Shown here: piece after piece, positions 10,017 to 20,081 of the stretch
How the letters are laid out: each line of letters opens with the position of its first letter
How positions within the stretch are numbered: position 1 is the stretch's first letter
Assembly (NCBI GenBank): GCA_046086025.1
Contig: JBJSWT010000093.1
Span: 1 to 47,402 of the forward strand
DNA length: 47,402 nucleotides
DNA from: Actinomycetes bacterium
GTDB lineage: Bacteria > Actinomycetota > Actinomycetes > S36-B12 > UBA5976
Direction: 5' to 3'
Notes under the pieces: generated by a model
Seen by the model: the letters and a program-made list of their open reading frames with translations, nothing else
Told to the model about the DNA's origin: nothing
Database searches by the model: none
Position numbers and translations under genes: made by a program

Positions 10017-10073
10017 TCAGTTCTCCTTTTGTTTGTTTTTAATCTTGTTTTGAATTAAATAAAACTTTTGATT

Positions 10074-11243
10074 TTATTTTTTCAAACCAAGAATGTGATC
10101 AATAGCTAACTGATCGAGTCTCTCGTTAAAGAATCCACGTTCTGCTAGCTTGTCGGCGTCAAACACCTCCTGTTTCAACTTGTTAGCTGAATCTGAGGAA
10201 TAACCTCCGACAGTTGGTTGCGCTAATGAATCATGACCAGAAACTTTGTGAGCTTCTTTTACTTCTGGGTCAGCATCGTATGCGCGTGCTTTTTCTGCAA
10301 GTGCTAAATAATTTCTCATTGAATTTTTGGCAAATTCCCAAATTCCATCGCCATGTTCATTTCTGTATGGACGAGAATCAAAATGTTTTGGACCTGAATA
10401 GCCAGTTTTTTCTAGCAATCTAACAAGGAAGAAATTATCTTTTATTCCTTCTGAACCAAAACGAAGATCTTGATCGTATCTTCCAATTTTTTGATCATTC
10501 AAATCAATATGGAATAACTTCTTTTGCCAAACAGCTTGAGCAACTCCTTGGTAAAAAGAAAGTCCTGCCATAGTTTCGTGTGCAACTTCAGGATTAATTC
10601 CAACCATGCTTGGATCATCAAGAGTTTCAATAAAAGCCATGGCATGACCAATAGTTGGCAAGAATGTATCGCCTCTTGGTTCATTTGGTTTAGGTTCTAA
10701 TGCCATACGCATTTTGTAACCTTTATCTTTTATATAACCGATAAAGAAATTCAAAGCTTCTCTATATCTTTCAAGTGCATCTAGTGGATATTTAGATCCT
10801 GCTGCTTCAACACCTTCTCGTCCACCCCAGAAAACTGCAGTGGGTGCACCAAATTCTGCTCCGACATCTAGAGCTCTTAAAACTTTTTGAATTGCATACT
10901 TTCTAATTTGTGGATCATTTGAAGTAAATGCACCATCTTTAAAAACAGGATGAGTAAATAAATTAGTAGTTGCCATCGAAACAACAACACCTGAATCATC
11001 TAATGCTTTGCGAAAATCTTTTTTAATTTTGTCTTGTTCTGCAAGTGAAGATTTGTATGGAAGTAAATCGTCATCATGAAATGAAACTCCCCAAACATTT
11101 AGTTCGCCAAGTTTTCTAACAAAATCAGCTGGATAAATTGGTGGTCTTGTCGCTTCTCCAAATGGATCTCTACCAGAGTGGCCAATTGTCCAAAGACCAA
11201 ATGCAAATTTGTCTTCTCTTTTTGGAGTCAAAGCGTTAGACAT
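10074..11243 (-). CDS. xylA: xylose isomerase (class I, actinobacterial type)
   Basis: 389 aa. Motifs FAFGLWTIGH, FHDDDL, LEPKPNEPRGD and NPEVAHETMAGLSF are present. Confidence 0.95.
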   Translation of the reverse strand: MSNALTPKREDKFAFGLWTIGHSGRDPFGEATRPPIYPADFVRKLGELNVWGVSFHDDDLLPYKSSLAEQDKIKKDFRKALDDSGVVVSMATTNLFTHPVFKDGAFTSNDPQIRKYAIQKVLRALDVGAEFGAPTAVFWGGREGVEAAGSKYPLDALERYREALNFFIGYIKDKGYKMRMALEPKPNEPRGDTFLPTIGHAMAFIETLDDPSMVGINPEVAHETMAGLSFYQGVAQAVWQKKLFHIDLNDQKIGRYDQDLRFGSEGIKDNFFLVRLLEKTGYSGPKHFDSRPYRNEHGDGIWEFAKNSMRNYLALAEKARAYDADPEVKEAHKVSGHDSLAQPTVGGYSSDSANKLKQEVFDADKLAERGFFNERLDQLAIDHILGLKK

Positions 11244-11395
11244 TCACAACCTCATTTCAAAAGGATTTTTATTGCAAATTAATTGCTATAGGTAATAACT
11301 TACCTTGAACTCATTTATAGGGTCTAGCGAAGGTGGTCACAGTTAAGCACCAGAAATATTACTTTTCGGTAACTTTTTGTACCAATTTTTACAAT

Positions 11396-12787
11396 TTACT
11401 CATACAGAGATTCAAATGCATTTTTATAGGCAATTCTGACGTTTTCTTTGAAATTTGATTGCTTCTCCACACTTCCTTTTTCTTGCCATACCGGAGGTTT
11501 AGCTTCACCAGATAAAACCCAAGCAGCTTGTCGAGCCGCACCATCTGCCACATATTCAGACATTGGAGGAATATGAACTGGAACTTGAAACAATGTTGCA
11601 GCAATTTCTTGCACCGCTTTTGATACTGCAGCTCCTCCAATTAATACAACTCTATTTGGTTTTGTTTTTTGGCCAAAATTTGTAATGTAATCACTTGCTT
11701 CTGCCAGTGAACAAAGCATTCCTTCAATACAAGCTCTTGCAAAGTTTGCTGGAGTTAAATTATTTCTAGTTAAACCGTGTAAAGATCCTTTTGAATTTGG
11801 AAGATTTGGAGTTCTTTCGCCATCTAAAAATGGTAACAAAACTAGTCCTTGTGAGCCTGGTTCTGCAGTTAAAGCAAGGTGTGCAAAATCATCTAGTGAA
11901 ACATTTAAAGTTGCAGCTCCTGCATTTATTACTCTTGCAGCATTTAATGTGCAAGCTAATGGCAAATAATTTCCGGTAGCATCAGCAAAACCTGCAATTA
12001 TTCCTGAAGAATCATTTGTTGGATTAGCAGAAACTGTATAAGCAGTTCCAGATGTTCCTAACGAAATAACAATATCTCCAGTTTGTGCCCCAAGTCCCAA
12101 AGCAGCAGCCATATTGTCACCAGTACCAGGACCAATTTTTATGCCAGATTTTGTTTCTCCAACTACTTCATTTGGTTTTGCAACTCTTGGAACTTGTATT
12201 TCTTTTCCAAAAGCAAGTTTTAATAAATCTTTTCTATATTCATTAGTTTGAGGCGACCAGTATCCTGTCCCAGAAGCATCTCCCCTATCGGTGACAAATT
12301 CATCTGGTTTATTCATTAAATTCCAAGTTAAGTAATCATGTGGCAACATAACTCCAGAAACTTTGTTGGCATTTTCTGGTTCATTTTTGGCAAGCCATCT
12401 AAGTTTTGTAACGGTAAAAGATGCAACGGGCATCGAACCAATGGCGTCTGCCCATTTTTGTGCACTACCAAATTCACTAATCAGATCAGTTGCATCTTGT
12501 GCCGAACGTGTGTCGTTCCATAACAATGCATCTCTCACAACATTTTTGTTTTGATCAACCACAACCATGCCATGTTGTTGCGCACCTATTGAAATAGCTT
12601 TTACATCTTCAAAAAGATCTTTTGAGTTAGTTTCAAATTCATTCCACCAAATCGCAGGATCAACTTCTGTCGCATCTGGATGTGTGCCTCTGGCTTCTCG
12701 AACTAACTCACCAGTTTGAGCATCTCTAATAACAATTTTTACAGATTGAGTTGAAGAATCTACTCCTGCAACTAAATTTCTTGACAT
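11396..12787 (-). CDS. xylB: xylulokinase (FGGY family)
   Basis: 463 aa. Motifs VAGVDSSTQSVK, GAQQHGMV, LLWNDTRS, GTGDNMAAALGLG and LIGGAAVS are present. Adjacent to xylA. Confidence 0.9.
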   Translation of the reverse strand: MSRNLVAGVDSSTQSVKIVIRDAQTGELVREARGTHPDATEVDPAIWWNEFETNSKDLFEDVKAISIGAQQHGMVVVDQNKNVVRDALLWNDTRSAQDATDLISEFGSAQKWADAIGSMPVASFTVTKLRWLAKNEPENANKVSGVMLPHDYLTWNLMNKPDEFVTDRGDASGTGYWSPQTNEYRKDLLKLAFGKEIQVPRVAKPNEVVGETKSGIKIGPGTGDNMAAALGLGAQTGDIVISLGTSGTAYTVSANPTNDSSGIIAGFADATGNYLPLACTLNAARVINAGAATLNVSLDDFAHLALTAEPGSQGLVLLPFLDGERTPNLPNSKGSLHGLTRNNLTPANFARACIEGMLCSLAEASDYITNFGQKTKPNRVVLIGGAAVSKAVQEIAATLFQVPVHIPPMSEYVADGAARQAAWVLSGEAKPPVWQEKGSVEKQSNFKENVRIAYKNAFESLYE

Positions 12788-12788
12788 A

Positions 12789-15440
12789 TTATTTTGCCAA
12801 TTGTCTTAATACGAAAGGTAAGATTCCACCATTTCTGTAATACTCAGCTTCTCCTGGTGTATCAATTCTTAACTTGACTTTAAATTTCTTTTCCCCACTT
12901 TTAGTATTAGCAATAACTTCTAAAGTTTGTGGAGTTATATTTGCATTTAGATTTTCAATACCTATAATACTAAATGTTTCAGAACCATCAAGTCCTAGTG
13001 TTTCAACGTTTTCACCATCAATAAATTGAAGAGGTAACACTCCCATTCCTACTAAATTACTTCTGTGAATTCTTTCGTATGATTCTGCAATTACAGCTTT
13101 TACTCCAAGTAGTGCAGTTCCTTTTGCAGCCCAATCTCTTGAAGAACCGGATCCATATTCTTTACCTGCAAGAATAATTAAAGGAATCTTGCTATTTATA
13201 TAGTCAACACTTGCATCATAAATTGTATCTTGTTTATCTTTTAAGAAATTAAAAGTAAATCCACCTTCAACATCTTTAAGTAACTTATTTTTTAATCGAA
13301 TATTGGCAAACGTTCCTCGGATCATCACCTCGTGGTTTCCTCGTCTTGAACCATAGGAATTGAAATCTTTTTTATCTATGCCGTGTTCAATTAAATATTT
13401 TCCAGCTGGTGAATCAATTTTTATACTTCCTGCTGGAGAAATATGATCTGTAGTTACTGAATCGCCAAGCCAGGCAAGAACTCTGGCATTTGAAATATCA
13501 CTCACCTTTTGAGGAGTCTTAGGCATATTTTCAAAATATGGCGGTTTTCTTACATAAGTACTTGAGTTTGCCCAAGTAAAGGTCTTACCTGTAGGTGTGG
13601 GAAGTTTCTGCCAACGCTCATCCCCTTTGAATACATCTGCATATCTTTTAATAAACATTTCACTATCTATTGCTTGATTTATATAATCTTGAATTTCTTT
13701 TGAACTTGGCCAAATATCTTTCAAATAAATTTTATTTCCATCTGGGCTTACTCCGATTGGATCATTGTTTAAATCAATATTCATCGTTCCAGCGATGGCA
13801 TAAGCCACAACTAGTGGTGGGGATGCTAAATAATTCATCTTCACATCAGGATTGATTCTGCCTTCAAAATTTCTATTTCCACTTAATACAGATACTGCTG
13901 CCAAATCTGCTTTGTTAATAGCTGCACTAATTGCTTCAGGCAAAGGACCGCTATTTCCTATACAAGTTGTACAGCCATAGCCCACCAGATCAAAACCTAA
14001 TTTACTTAAATATGGAGTTAAACCAGATTTATTTAAATAATCTGTGACAACTTGAGATCCTGGGGCAAGGGTCGTTTTAACCCATGAGGATCTTGTTAGT
14101 CCAAGTTCAACGGCTTTTTTTGCAACTAAACCTGCACCAATCATTACTTCAGGATTTGAAGTATTAGTACAAGAGGTAATTGCTGCAATAACTACAGCTC
14201 CGTGAGTTAAATTAAATTTTTCCCCATCTAGGTTAACTTCAATTTTTTTATCAATTTCACTGGTGTAATTCGGTAGTGCTTTGTTGAAATTTTCTTTGGC
14301 ATTTTTTAAACTAACTCGATCTTGAGGTCTTTTAGGACCAGCAATACTTGGTTCAATGGTTGACAGATCAAGTTGTAAATGTTCACTAAATCTTGGTTCA
14401 TGATTTGGATCAAGCCATAAACCTTGTTTCTTGGCATAACTTTCAACTAATGCAAGTTGATCTTTACTTCTACCGGTGAATTTTAAATAATCAATTGTTT
14501 GCTCATCAATTGGAAATATGGCAACAGTTGATCCATATTCAGGACTCATATTTCCAATAGTTGCTCTATTGGCTAAAGGAACTGCTGAGCAACCTGCTCC
14601 ATAAAATTCAACAAACTTTCCAACCACACCATGTTTTCTTAAAATTTCTGTGATTGTTAAAACTAAATCGGTAGCTGTAACACCTTCTTTTAATGAACCA
14701 GTTAATTTAAATCCCACAACTTTTGGAATAAGCATGCTTACCGGTTGGCCAAGCATTGCAGCTTCTGCTTCAATTCCTCCGACTCCCCAACCTAAAACTC
14801 CTAAACCATTAACCATGGTGGTGTGAGAATCTGTTCCCACAACTGTGTCTGGATAAACCAGAGAATCTTTTTCAAAAACAACTCGGGCTAAATTTTCAAT
14901 ATTTACTTGATGAACAATTCCAGTTCCTGGGGGAACCACTTTAAATTCAGAAAATGCACCCTGTCCCCATCTTAAAAATTGATAGCGTTCTTCATTTCTT
15001 TCATATTCCAAATCAACATTTATTTGAAAAGACATGTTTGATCCAAATGAATCTGCAATAACAGAGTGATCAATTACTAATTCTGCAGGCGCTAAAGGAT
15101 TTACTTTTTCAGGATTTCCACCTAATTCGATCATTGCTTCTCGCATTGTTGCTAAATCAACAATTGCGGGAACTCCAGTGAAATCCTGCATGATTACTCT
15201 TGCTGGGGTGTATGGAATTTCAACACTTGGTTCAGCATTTTCATTCCAATTAGCTACCGCGTTTATGTGCTCTTTAGTGACATTTATTCCATCTTCAGTT
15301 CTTAAAAGATTTTCAAGAAGTATTTTTAAACTAAAAGGAAGAGATTTTGATCCAGAAACTTTGTTGATATCAAACATTTGACAAGATCTTGAGTTAAATT
15401 CAAGATTTACTTTGGCGTCAAAAGAATTAATGCTCATCAA
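12789..15440 (-). CDS. acnA: aconitate hydratase AcnA
   Basis: 883 aa. Motifs [22 protein letters not shown] and the Fe-S ligand blocks [10 protein letters not shown] and [10 protein letters not shown], plus a C-terminal swivel domain ([16 protein letters not shown]). Confidence 0.97.
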   Translation of the reverse strand: MMSINSFDAKVNLEFNSRSCQMFDINKVSGSKSLPFSLKILLENLLRTEDGINVTKEHINAVANWNENAEPSVEIPYTPARVIMQDFTGVPAIVDLATMREAMIELGGNPEKVNPLAPAELVIDHSVIADSFGSNMSFQINVDLEYERNEERYQFLRWGQGAFSEFKVVPPGTGIVHQVNIENLARVVFEKDSLVYPDTVVGTDSHTTMVNGLGVLGWGVGGIEAEAAMLGQPVSMLIPKVVGFKLTGSLKEGVTATDLVLTITEILRKHGVVGKFVEFYGAGCSAVPLANRATIGNMSPEYGSTVAIFPIDEQTIDYLKFTGRSKDQLALVESYAKKQGLWLDPNHEPRFSEHLQLDLSTIEPSIAGPKRPQDRVSLKNAKENFNKALPNYTSEIDKKIEVNLDGEKFNLTHGAVVIAAITSCTNTSNPEVMIGAGLVAKKAVELGLTRSSWVKTTLAPGSQVVTDYLNKSGLTPYLSKLGFDLVGYGCTTCIGNSGPLPEAISAAINKADLAAVSVLSGNRNFEGRINPDVKMNYLASPPLVVAYAIAGTMNIDLNNDPIGVSPDGNKIYLKDIWPSSKEIQDYINQAIDSEMFIKRYADVFKGDERWQKLPTPTGKTFTWANSSTYVRKPPYFENMPKTPQKVSDISNARVLAWLGDSVTTDHISPAGSIKIDSPAGKYLIEHGIDKKDFNSYGSRRGNHEVMIRGTFANIRLKNKLLKDVEGGFTFNFLKDKQDTIYDASVDYINSKIPLIILAGKEYGSGSSRDWAAKGTALLGVKAVIAESYERIHRSNLVGMGVLPLQFIDGENVETLGLDGSETFSIIGIENLNANITPQTLEVIANTKSGEKKFKVKLRIDTPGEAEYYRNGGILPFVLRQLAK

Positions 15441-15492
15441 ACCTCACGATTTACTATTACTTCAAAGACTATCAGTGGACAAAATTCTACTT

Positions 15493-16659
15493 TTAGCCTC
15501 GTGTGAAAACTGCCACGCTTTCAAAGTGATGTGTCATTGGAAAGAAGTCATAAACTTCAACTTTTTCTAGCAACCAACCATTCTCTTTAGCCACTGCAGT
15601 ATCTCTGGCTAAGGAGGCAGGATCACAGGCTATATAAATAATTTTCTCTTTGGCTTTTTTACAAATACTTTGCATAACTTTTACCCCAGCGCCAGATCTT
15701 GGTGGATCTAAAACTATTAGGTCAAACTTTTCTCTTGTTTTAAAAATCCAATTTTCAACTTTTTGCTTCAACACTTTGACCTTTTTGAAATCTCTCAAAT
15801 TCTTTTTTGCACTTTCGCTTGCTTCTTTATCGCTTTCAATGGCATACCCAGACACGTTTGGAAAAGATTTCAAAATCACAGATGAAAAAACTCCCACGCC
15901 AGAATACAGATCTAGAAAAGAGCCGATCGACATTTTTTTTATCTCTTTTTCAATTGTGTCAGCTAAAACCTCTACTGCTTTAGGATGAACCTGCCAAAAA
16001 CCACTTCCATTTGCTTCATAATTTTCCTCATTAACTTTTCGATTTACTTTAATTTTTCTATCATCTTTTCCAAATATAAGAACTTCATCATTATTTTTAA
16101 CTAATTCAACTTCAATACCAGGAGTTTGTTTCCCAAGTGCTATCAAAGTTTTATTTATTGCTTCATCTGCAATTAAGCATTTCTCTATAACTTGAATTTC
16201 TTTACTTCGATATTTTCTAAAACCTAATTCGCCCTTATCATTTGCAATAAGCCTTATTTTTGATCTCCAATTTTTTTCTTCGGGATCAACATCATTCATA
16301 CGACAAATTTCTCTTGCTTGGGTGATTTTGCCTAGTCTTTCAAGCTGTTCAATTAGTACCTCAATTTTTAATTGACGTTGATAAGAAGCAGATGTATGCA
16401 TCCAGTCACATCCTCCACAGCCATCATTTTTAAAGAAAGCACAAGGAGAATTTCTTCTAAATTTTGAAGAATTAATTACTTTTAATGTTTGGGCAAACCA
16501 GGATTTTTTTCCAGGTGCCAATGAGATTAATTGCGCTTCTACTTTTTCATTTGGTAACGCATGACGAACAAAAATAACAATTCCATCATGTCTTGCAACA
16601 CAAAAGCCACCGTGAGCAACTTTTTCAATATTTAAAGTAAGAATGTCTCCTGTCTTCAC
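15493..16659 (-). CDS. TRAM-domain class I SAM-dependent RNA (uracil-5) methyltransferase, RlmD/RumA-like
   Basis: 388 aa. N-terminal TRAM-like OB domain, Cys cluster CAFFKNDGCGGCDWMH, SAM motif LDLYSGVGVFS, LDPPRSG, and catalytic IIYIACDP. Confidence 0.85.
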   Translation of the reverse strand: MKTGDILTLNIEKVAHGGFCVARHDGIVIFVRHALPNEKVEAQLISLAPGKKSWFAQTLKVINSSKFRRNSPCAFFKNDGCGGCDWMHTSASYQRQLKIEVLIEQLERLGKITQAREICRMNDVDPEEKNWRSKIRLIANDKGELGFRKYRSKEIQVIEKCLIADEAINKTLIALGKQTPGIEVELVKNNDEVLIFGKDDRKIKVNRKVNEENYEANGSGFWQVHPKAVEVLADTIEKEIKKMSIGSFLDLYSGVGVFSSVILKSFPNVSGYAIESDKEASESAKKNLRDFKKVKVLKQKVENWIFKTREKFDLIVLDPPRSGAGVKVMQSICKKAKEKIIYIACDPASLARDTAVAKENGWLLEKVEVYDFFPMTHHFESVAVFTRG

Positions 16660-16666
16660 TTTAAAT

Positions 16667-18637
16667 TTACAAACGTCTTAAATTTTGAGGAGCAACTTTG
16701 GGTTCTTTATTCGCTACATTCTCAGATGACATTAATTGCCATGGCACACTAACAACCATGACTCCTGGAGTAAATAAAAGTCTAGATTTAAGTCTTATCG
16801 CAGATTGATTATGCAAGAGTTGTTCCCACCAATGTCCTACCACATATTGGGGAATAAAGATAGAAATGGCATCTCTTGGACTTTCCCTTCTAATACTTTT
16901 CACATAATCAAGAATTGGTTTTGTAACTTCTCTAAATGGAGAATCAAGCACTTTTAATGGCACAGGGATTTCTAAGTTTTGCCATTGCTGAATTAATTCA
17001 TCTGTCTCTTTTTCGCTTGCTCGAACTGTTATTGCTTCTAAAGTACTTGGTCTAGTAGCACGAGCGTAATAAATAGCTCTCATAGTTGGTTTGTGCATTT
17101 TTGAAACTAGAACAATTCCATGCACACGGCTTGGCAAAACCTGCATAGAATCATCAGTCAAAGTTAATTCATTACTTACTTTCTTGTAGTAATAAAAAAT
17201 AGAACTCATAATTGCCATTAAGAGTGGAATTGCAACCACAACCATCCAAGCACCGTGAATAAATTTTGTAACAAGAACAATAACAAGCACTGTGGATGTC
17301 AAAGTAAAGCCAATTGAGTTAATAATTCTTGAACGCTTCATTTTATTTATTTCTTCATTGTCCTTAGAAACTGCAATCAATTTAGTCCAATGTTTAATCA
17401 TGCCAAGTTGTCCCAAAGTAAAAGAAGTAAACACACCTAAAATATAAAGTTGAATTAATCGTGTCACACTTGCATCAAATGCAAAAACAATTAAAACTGC
17501 AGCTGTTGATAAAAATAAAATTCCATTACTAAAGGCAAGTCTGTCCCCTCTATTGTGTAATTGCCTTGGAAGATATTTATCTTGAGCAAGAATTGAACCT
17601 AGAACAGGAAAACCATTAAAAGCTGTATTAGCAGCTAAAACCAGAATCAATGCGGTCACAGCAGCGATGATCAATGTTCCAATAAAAAAATTACCAAATG
17701 TTGCTTGCGCAATTTGTACAATTACTGTTTTTTGAACTTGACCTTCCGGTAGTCCAATTAGATTTTCTGAATGTTCTGCAACTTTAACGCCAGTTTTCAT
17801 AGCTAAGTAAGTTATTGATAAAAACATTGTTGAGGAAATTACACCAAGTAATAAAAGAGTCGTAGCAGCATTTTTACTTTTTGGTTTTCTAAATGCAGGT
17901 ACTCCATTTGAGATGGCTTCAACACCAGTCAAAGCCGTACAACCTGAAGAAAATGCTCTTGCAAATAGAAAAATTAAGGCAAGTCCTGTCAAAGATTGTT
18001 CAGCTCTAACTGTCCAGTCAGCACTTTCTGCCTTTAATTCAACCCCTTGAGTTAATTGAAAACCAGCCCAGATAACCATGATTGCAATTGAAAAAATAAA
18101 AGCATAAGTAGGAATTGCAAATAAAGTTCCTGATTCTTTCACACCTCTTAAATTTAAAACAGTTAAAAGAATAATTAAACCTATTGTTAATGCAAGACCA
18201 TGGTTTGCGAAAAATGGGATCGCGGAAGAAATATTGTCTTTTGCTGCGGATATAGAAACTGCAACTGTCATCACGTAATCAACCATCAATGCACTAGCCA
18301 CAACTAGACCTGGTTTCTTACCTAAATTTGTTGTTACAACTTCGTAATCTCCCCCACCACTTGGATAAGCATGAACATTTTGTCGATAAGACATCACCAC
18401 AACACCCATAACAAATGCGACAGCTAACGCTACCCAAATTGAACTATTTAAATAGACAAGTCCACTAATACTTAGAACTAAAAGTATTTCTTGGGTGGCA
18501 TATGCGTTTGATGACAACGCATCGGATGCAAAAACAGGTAAAGCAATTCTTTTGGGTAAAAGTGTGTCGCCTAACTTGTCACTTCTTAACGCGCGACCAA
18601 GTAGTAAACGCTTAACAGACGTTGTAAAAATTGCCAC
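16667..18637 (-). CDS. KimA-like K+ transporter of the APC superfamily (Rv2690c-like permease with cytoplasmic C-terminal domain)
   Basis: 656 aa. Blocks FASDALSSNAYATQEIL, YPSGGGDYEV, AFSSGCTALTGVEAISNGVPAF, LVLAANTAFNGFP, RGDRLAFSNGILFL and C-terminal IPQYVVGHWWEQLLHNQSA resemble B. subtilis KimA/YdaO as I recall it. Generic annotation would read APC family permease. Confidence 0.75.
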   Translation of the reverse strand: MAIFTTSVKRLLLGRALRSDKLGDTLLPKRIALPVFASDALSSNAYATQEILLVLSISGLVYLNSSIWVALAVAFVMGVVVMSYRQNVHAYPSGGGDYEVVTTNLGKKPGLVVASALMVDYVMTVAVSISAAKDNISSAIPFFANHGLALTIGLIILLTVLNLRGVKESGTLFAIPTYAFIFSIAIMVIWAGFQLTQGVELKAESADWTVRAEQSLTGLALIFLFARAFSSGCTALTGVEAISNGVPAFRKPKSKNAATTLLLLGVISSTMFLSITYLAMKTGVKVAEHSENLIGLPEGQVQKTVIVQIAQATFGNFFIGTLIIAAVTALILVLAANTAFNGFPVLGSILAQDKYLPRQLHNRGDRLAFSNGILFLSTAAVLIVFAFDASVTRLIQLYILGVFTSFTLGQLGMIKHWTKLIAVSKDNEEINKMKRSRIINSIGFTLTSTVLVIVLVTKFIHGAWMVVVAIPLLMAIMSSIFYYYKKVSNELTLTDDSMQVLPSRVHGIVLVSKMHKPTMRAIYYARATRPSTLEAITVRASEKETDELIQQWQNLEIPVPLKVLDSPFREVTKPILDYVKSIRRESPRDAISIFIPQYVVGHWWEQLLHNQSAIRLKSRLLFTPGVMVVSVPWQLMSSENVANKEPKVAPQNLRRL

Positions 18638-18754
18638 AATCCCTCAAGACTACGCAACAATTCAATTCTAATCCATCAACCACTCCCTTAATAAACCGGA
18701 GATTACGTGTAGCGTATGAATTAGAAGTTAAATCTTTCAAAGGATTAATCCTAA

Positions 18755-19414
18755 GTGCATGTAGTCATTATGGGTTGTGGTCGAGTTGGCTCAGCTCTTT
18801 CTTTTCGCTTAATTGAACTTGGCCACAGTGTTGCAATTATTGATAAAGAAGAAAATGCATTTCAAATTTTAGGTGATGACTTTACTGGACAAAAAGTTCT
18901 AGGAATTGGCTTTGATCGTGACACATTAATCGAAGCTGGAATTGAAAAAGCTCAAGCATTTGCTGCTGTGTCATCTGGTGATAATTCAAATATAGTTTCA
19001 GCAAGAGTTGCTCGTGAAACTTTCAATGTTCCATTAGTTGTAGCAAGAATTTATGATCCTAGAAGAGCAAAAGTTTATGAACGCCTTGGAATTCCAACGG
19101 TGGCAAGTGTTGCTTGGACAACAGATCAAGTTTTAAGAAGACTTCTGCCTCTTGGTGCTCAAGAAGAATGGCGTGATCCAAGTGGAAATGTGGTACTTGC
19201 TCAAGTTTTTCTTTCTCCAAAATGGTTTGGAAAAAAAGTTGGACAACTTTCAGAAGCTGCCAAAGTAAGAGTTGCTTTGATCAGTCGTTTTGGAGGAGCC
19301 TTACTTCCTGATCGTGACACTGTATTACAAGAAGGCGATTTAATTCATGCAATCTATCAAGTTAAAGATAGAGATTTAGTAGAAAATGTTTTTGCTTCAG
19401 GACCAAAGGAATAA
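18755..19414 (+). CDS. trkA: TrkA-family RCK potassium-uptake regulatory protein (CeoB-like)
   Basis: 219 aa. Rossmann motif VVIMGCGRVG, TrkA-N plus TrkA-C layout. GTG start with AAAGGA upstream. Confidence 0.9.
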   Translation: MHVVIMGCGRVGSALSFRLIELGHSVAIIDKEENAFQILGDDFTGQKVLGIGFDRDTLIEAGIEKAQAFAAVSSGDNSNIVSARVARETFNVPLVVARIYDPRRAKVYERLGIPTVASVAWTTDQVLRRLLPLGAQEEWRDPSGNVVLAQVFLSPKWFGKKVGQLSEAAKVRVALISRFGGALLPDRDTVLQEGDLIHAIYQVKDRDLVENVFASGPKE

Positions 19415-19417
19415 AAA

Positions 19418-20077
19418 ATGTTAATTGTTATTGCTGGAGCAGGAAATGTAGGAAGAGCTATTGCTAGAGATCTCATAAAAAATGGACATGAAGTAACTGT
19501 TATTGATGAAGATCCAGATGCAATTGCAAGTGCTAAAAAATCTGGAGCCAACACAGTATTAGCGGATGCTTGCGAACCTGATGCATTAGATGAAGCAAAT
19601 TTAGCTAAAGCACAAATCGTGGTTGCAGCAACTGGTGATGACAAAGTCAATCTTGTAGTTTCACTCTTAGCAAAAACTGAATATGGTGTTCCAAGAGTTG
19701 TGGGCAGAGTAAATCATCCAAAGAATGAATGGTTATTTAACGATGCTTGGGGTGTTGATTTTTCTGTATCAACTCCACAAATGATGACCGCTTTAGTTGA
19801 AGAGGCAGTAACTGTAGGTGAATTAGTTAGATTATTTACTTTAAGACAATCAGGTTCAGATTTATTAGAGGTAACTTTGCCAAGTGATTCACCAGTAATT
19901 GGTAAGAAAGTCGGCGATGTCGAATGGCCAATTGATACTGCTCTTGTGGCAATTTTGCGAGATAAAAGAGTTATTTCACCTCATCCAGATGATCCCTTGG
20001 AAGCAGGAGATGAATTATTAGTTGTGGCAACTACTGCCCAACAACCAACTTTGCGTAATCTTTTGTGTTGCAAATAA
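19418..20077 (+). CDS. trkA: TrkA-family RCK potassium-uptake regulatory protein (CeoC-like)
   Basis: 219 aa. Motif VIAGAGNVGRAIA, with a TrkA-C-like C-terminus (GDELLVVAT). Starts 3 nt after the previous trkA. Confidence 0.9.
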   Translation: MLIVIAGAGNVGRAIARDLIKNGHEVTVIDEDPDAIASAKKSGANTVLADACEPDALDEANLAKAQIVVAATGDDKVNLVVSLLAKTEYGVPRVVGRVNHPKNEWLFNDAWGVDFSVSTPQMMTALVEEAVTVGELVRLFTLRQSGSDLLEVTLPSDSPVIGKKVGDVEWPIDTALVAILRDKRVISPHPDDPLEAGDELLVVATTAQQPTLRNLLCCK

Positions 20078-20081
20078 TTTT

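Noticed and set aside
8953-10053. Three plus-strand ORFs (8953-9153, 9157-9564, 9781-10053) inside the binding-protein gene
   Set aside because: They arise because the Ala-rich, GC-richer minus-strand gene lacks stop codons on the opposite strand. The translations are low-complexity (Ala/Ser/Pro) with no recognisable motifs, whereas the minus-strand product is a clear lipoprotein SBP.
11274-11286. GCAAATTAATTGC imperfect palindrome upstream of xylA as a XylR-type operator
   Set aside because: It is 13 bp with a central mismatch in very AT-rich DNA, no regulator gene is nearby, and there is no second copy in the window. It is indistinguishable from chance.
18638-18754. Possible c-di-AMP (ydaO-type) riboswitch upstream of the KimA-like gene, by analogy with B. 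subtilis kimA
   Set aside because: The spacer is only 117 bp, AT-rich and shared with the divergent trkA promoter. I see none of the conserved GC-rich ydaO helices. There is not enough sequence or structure.
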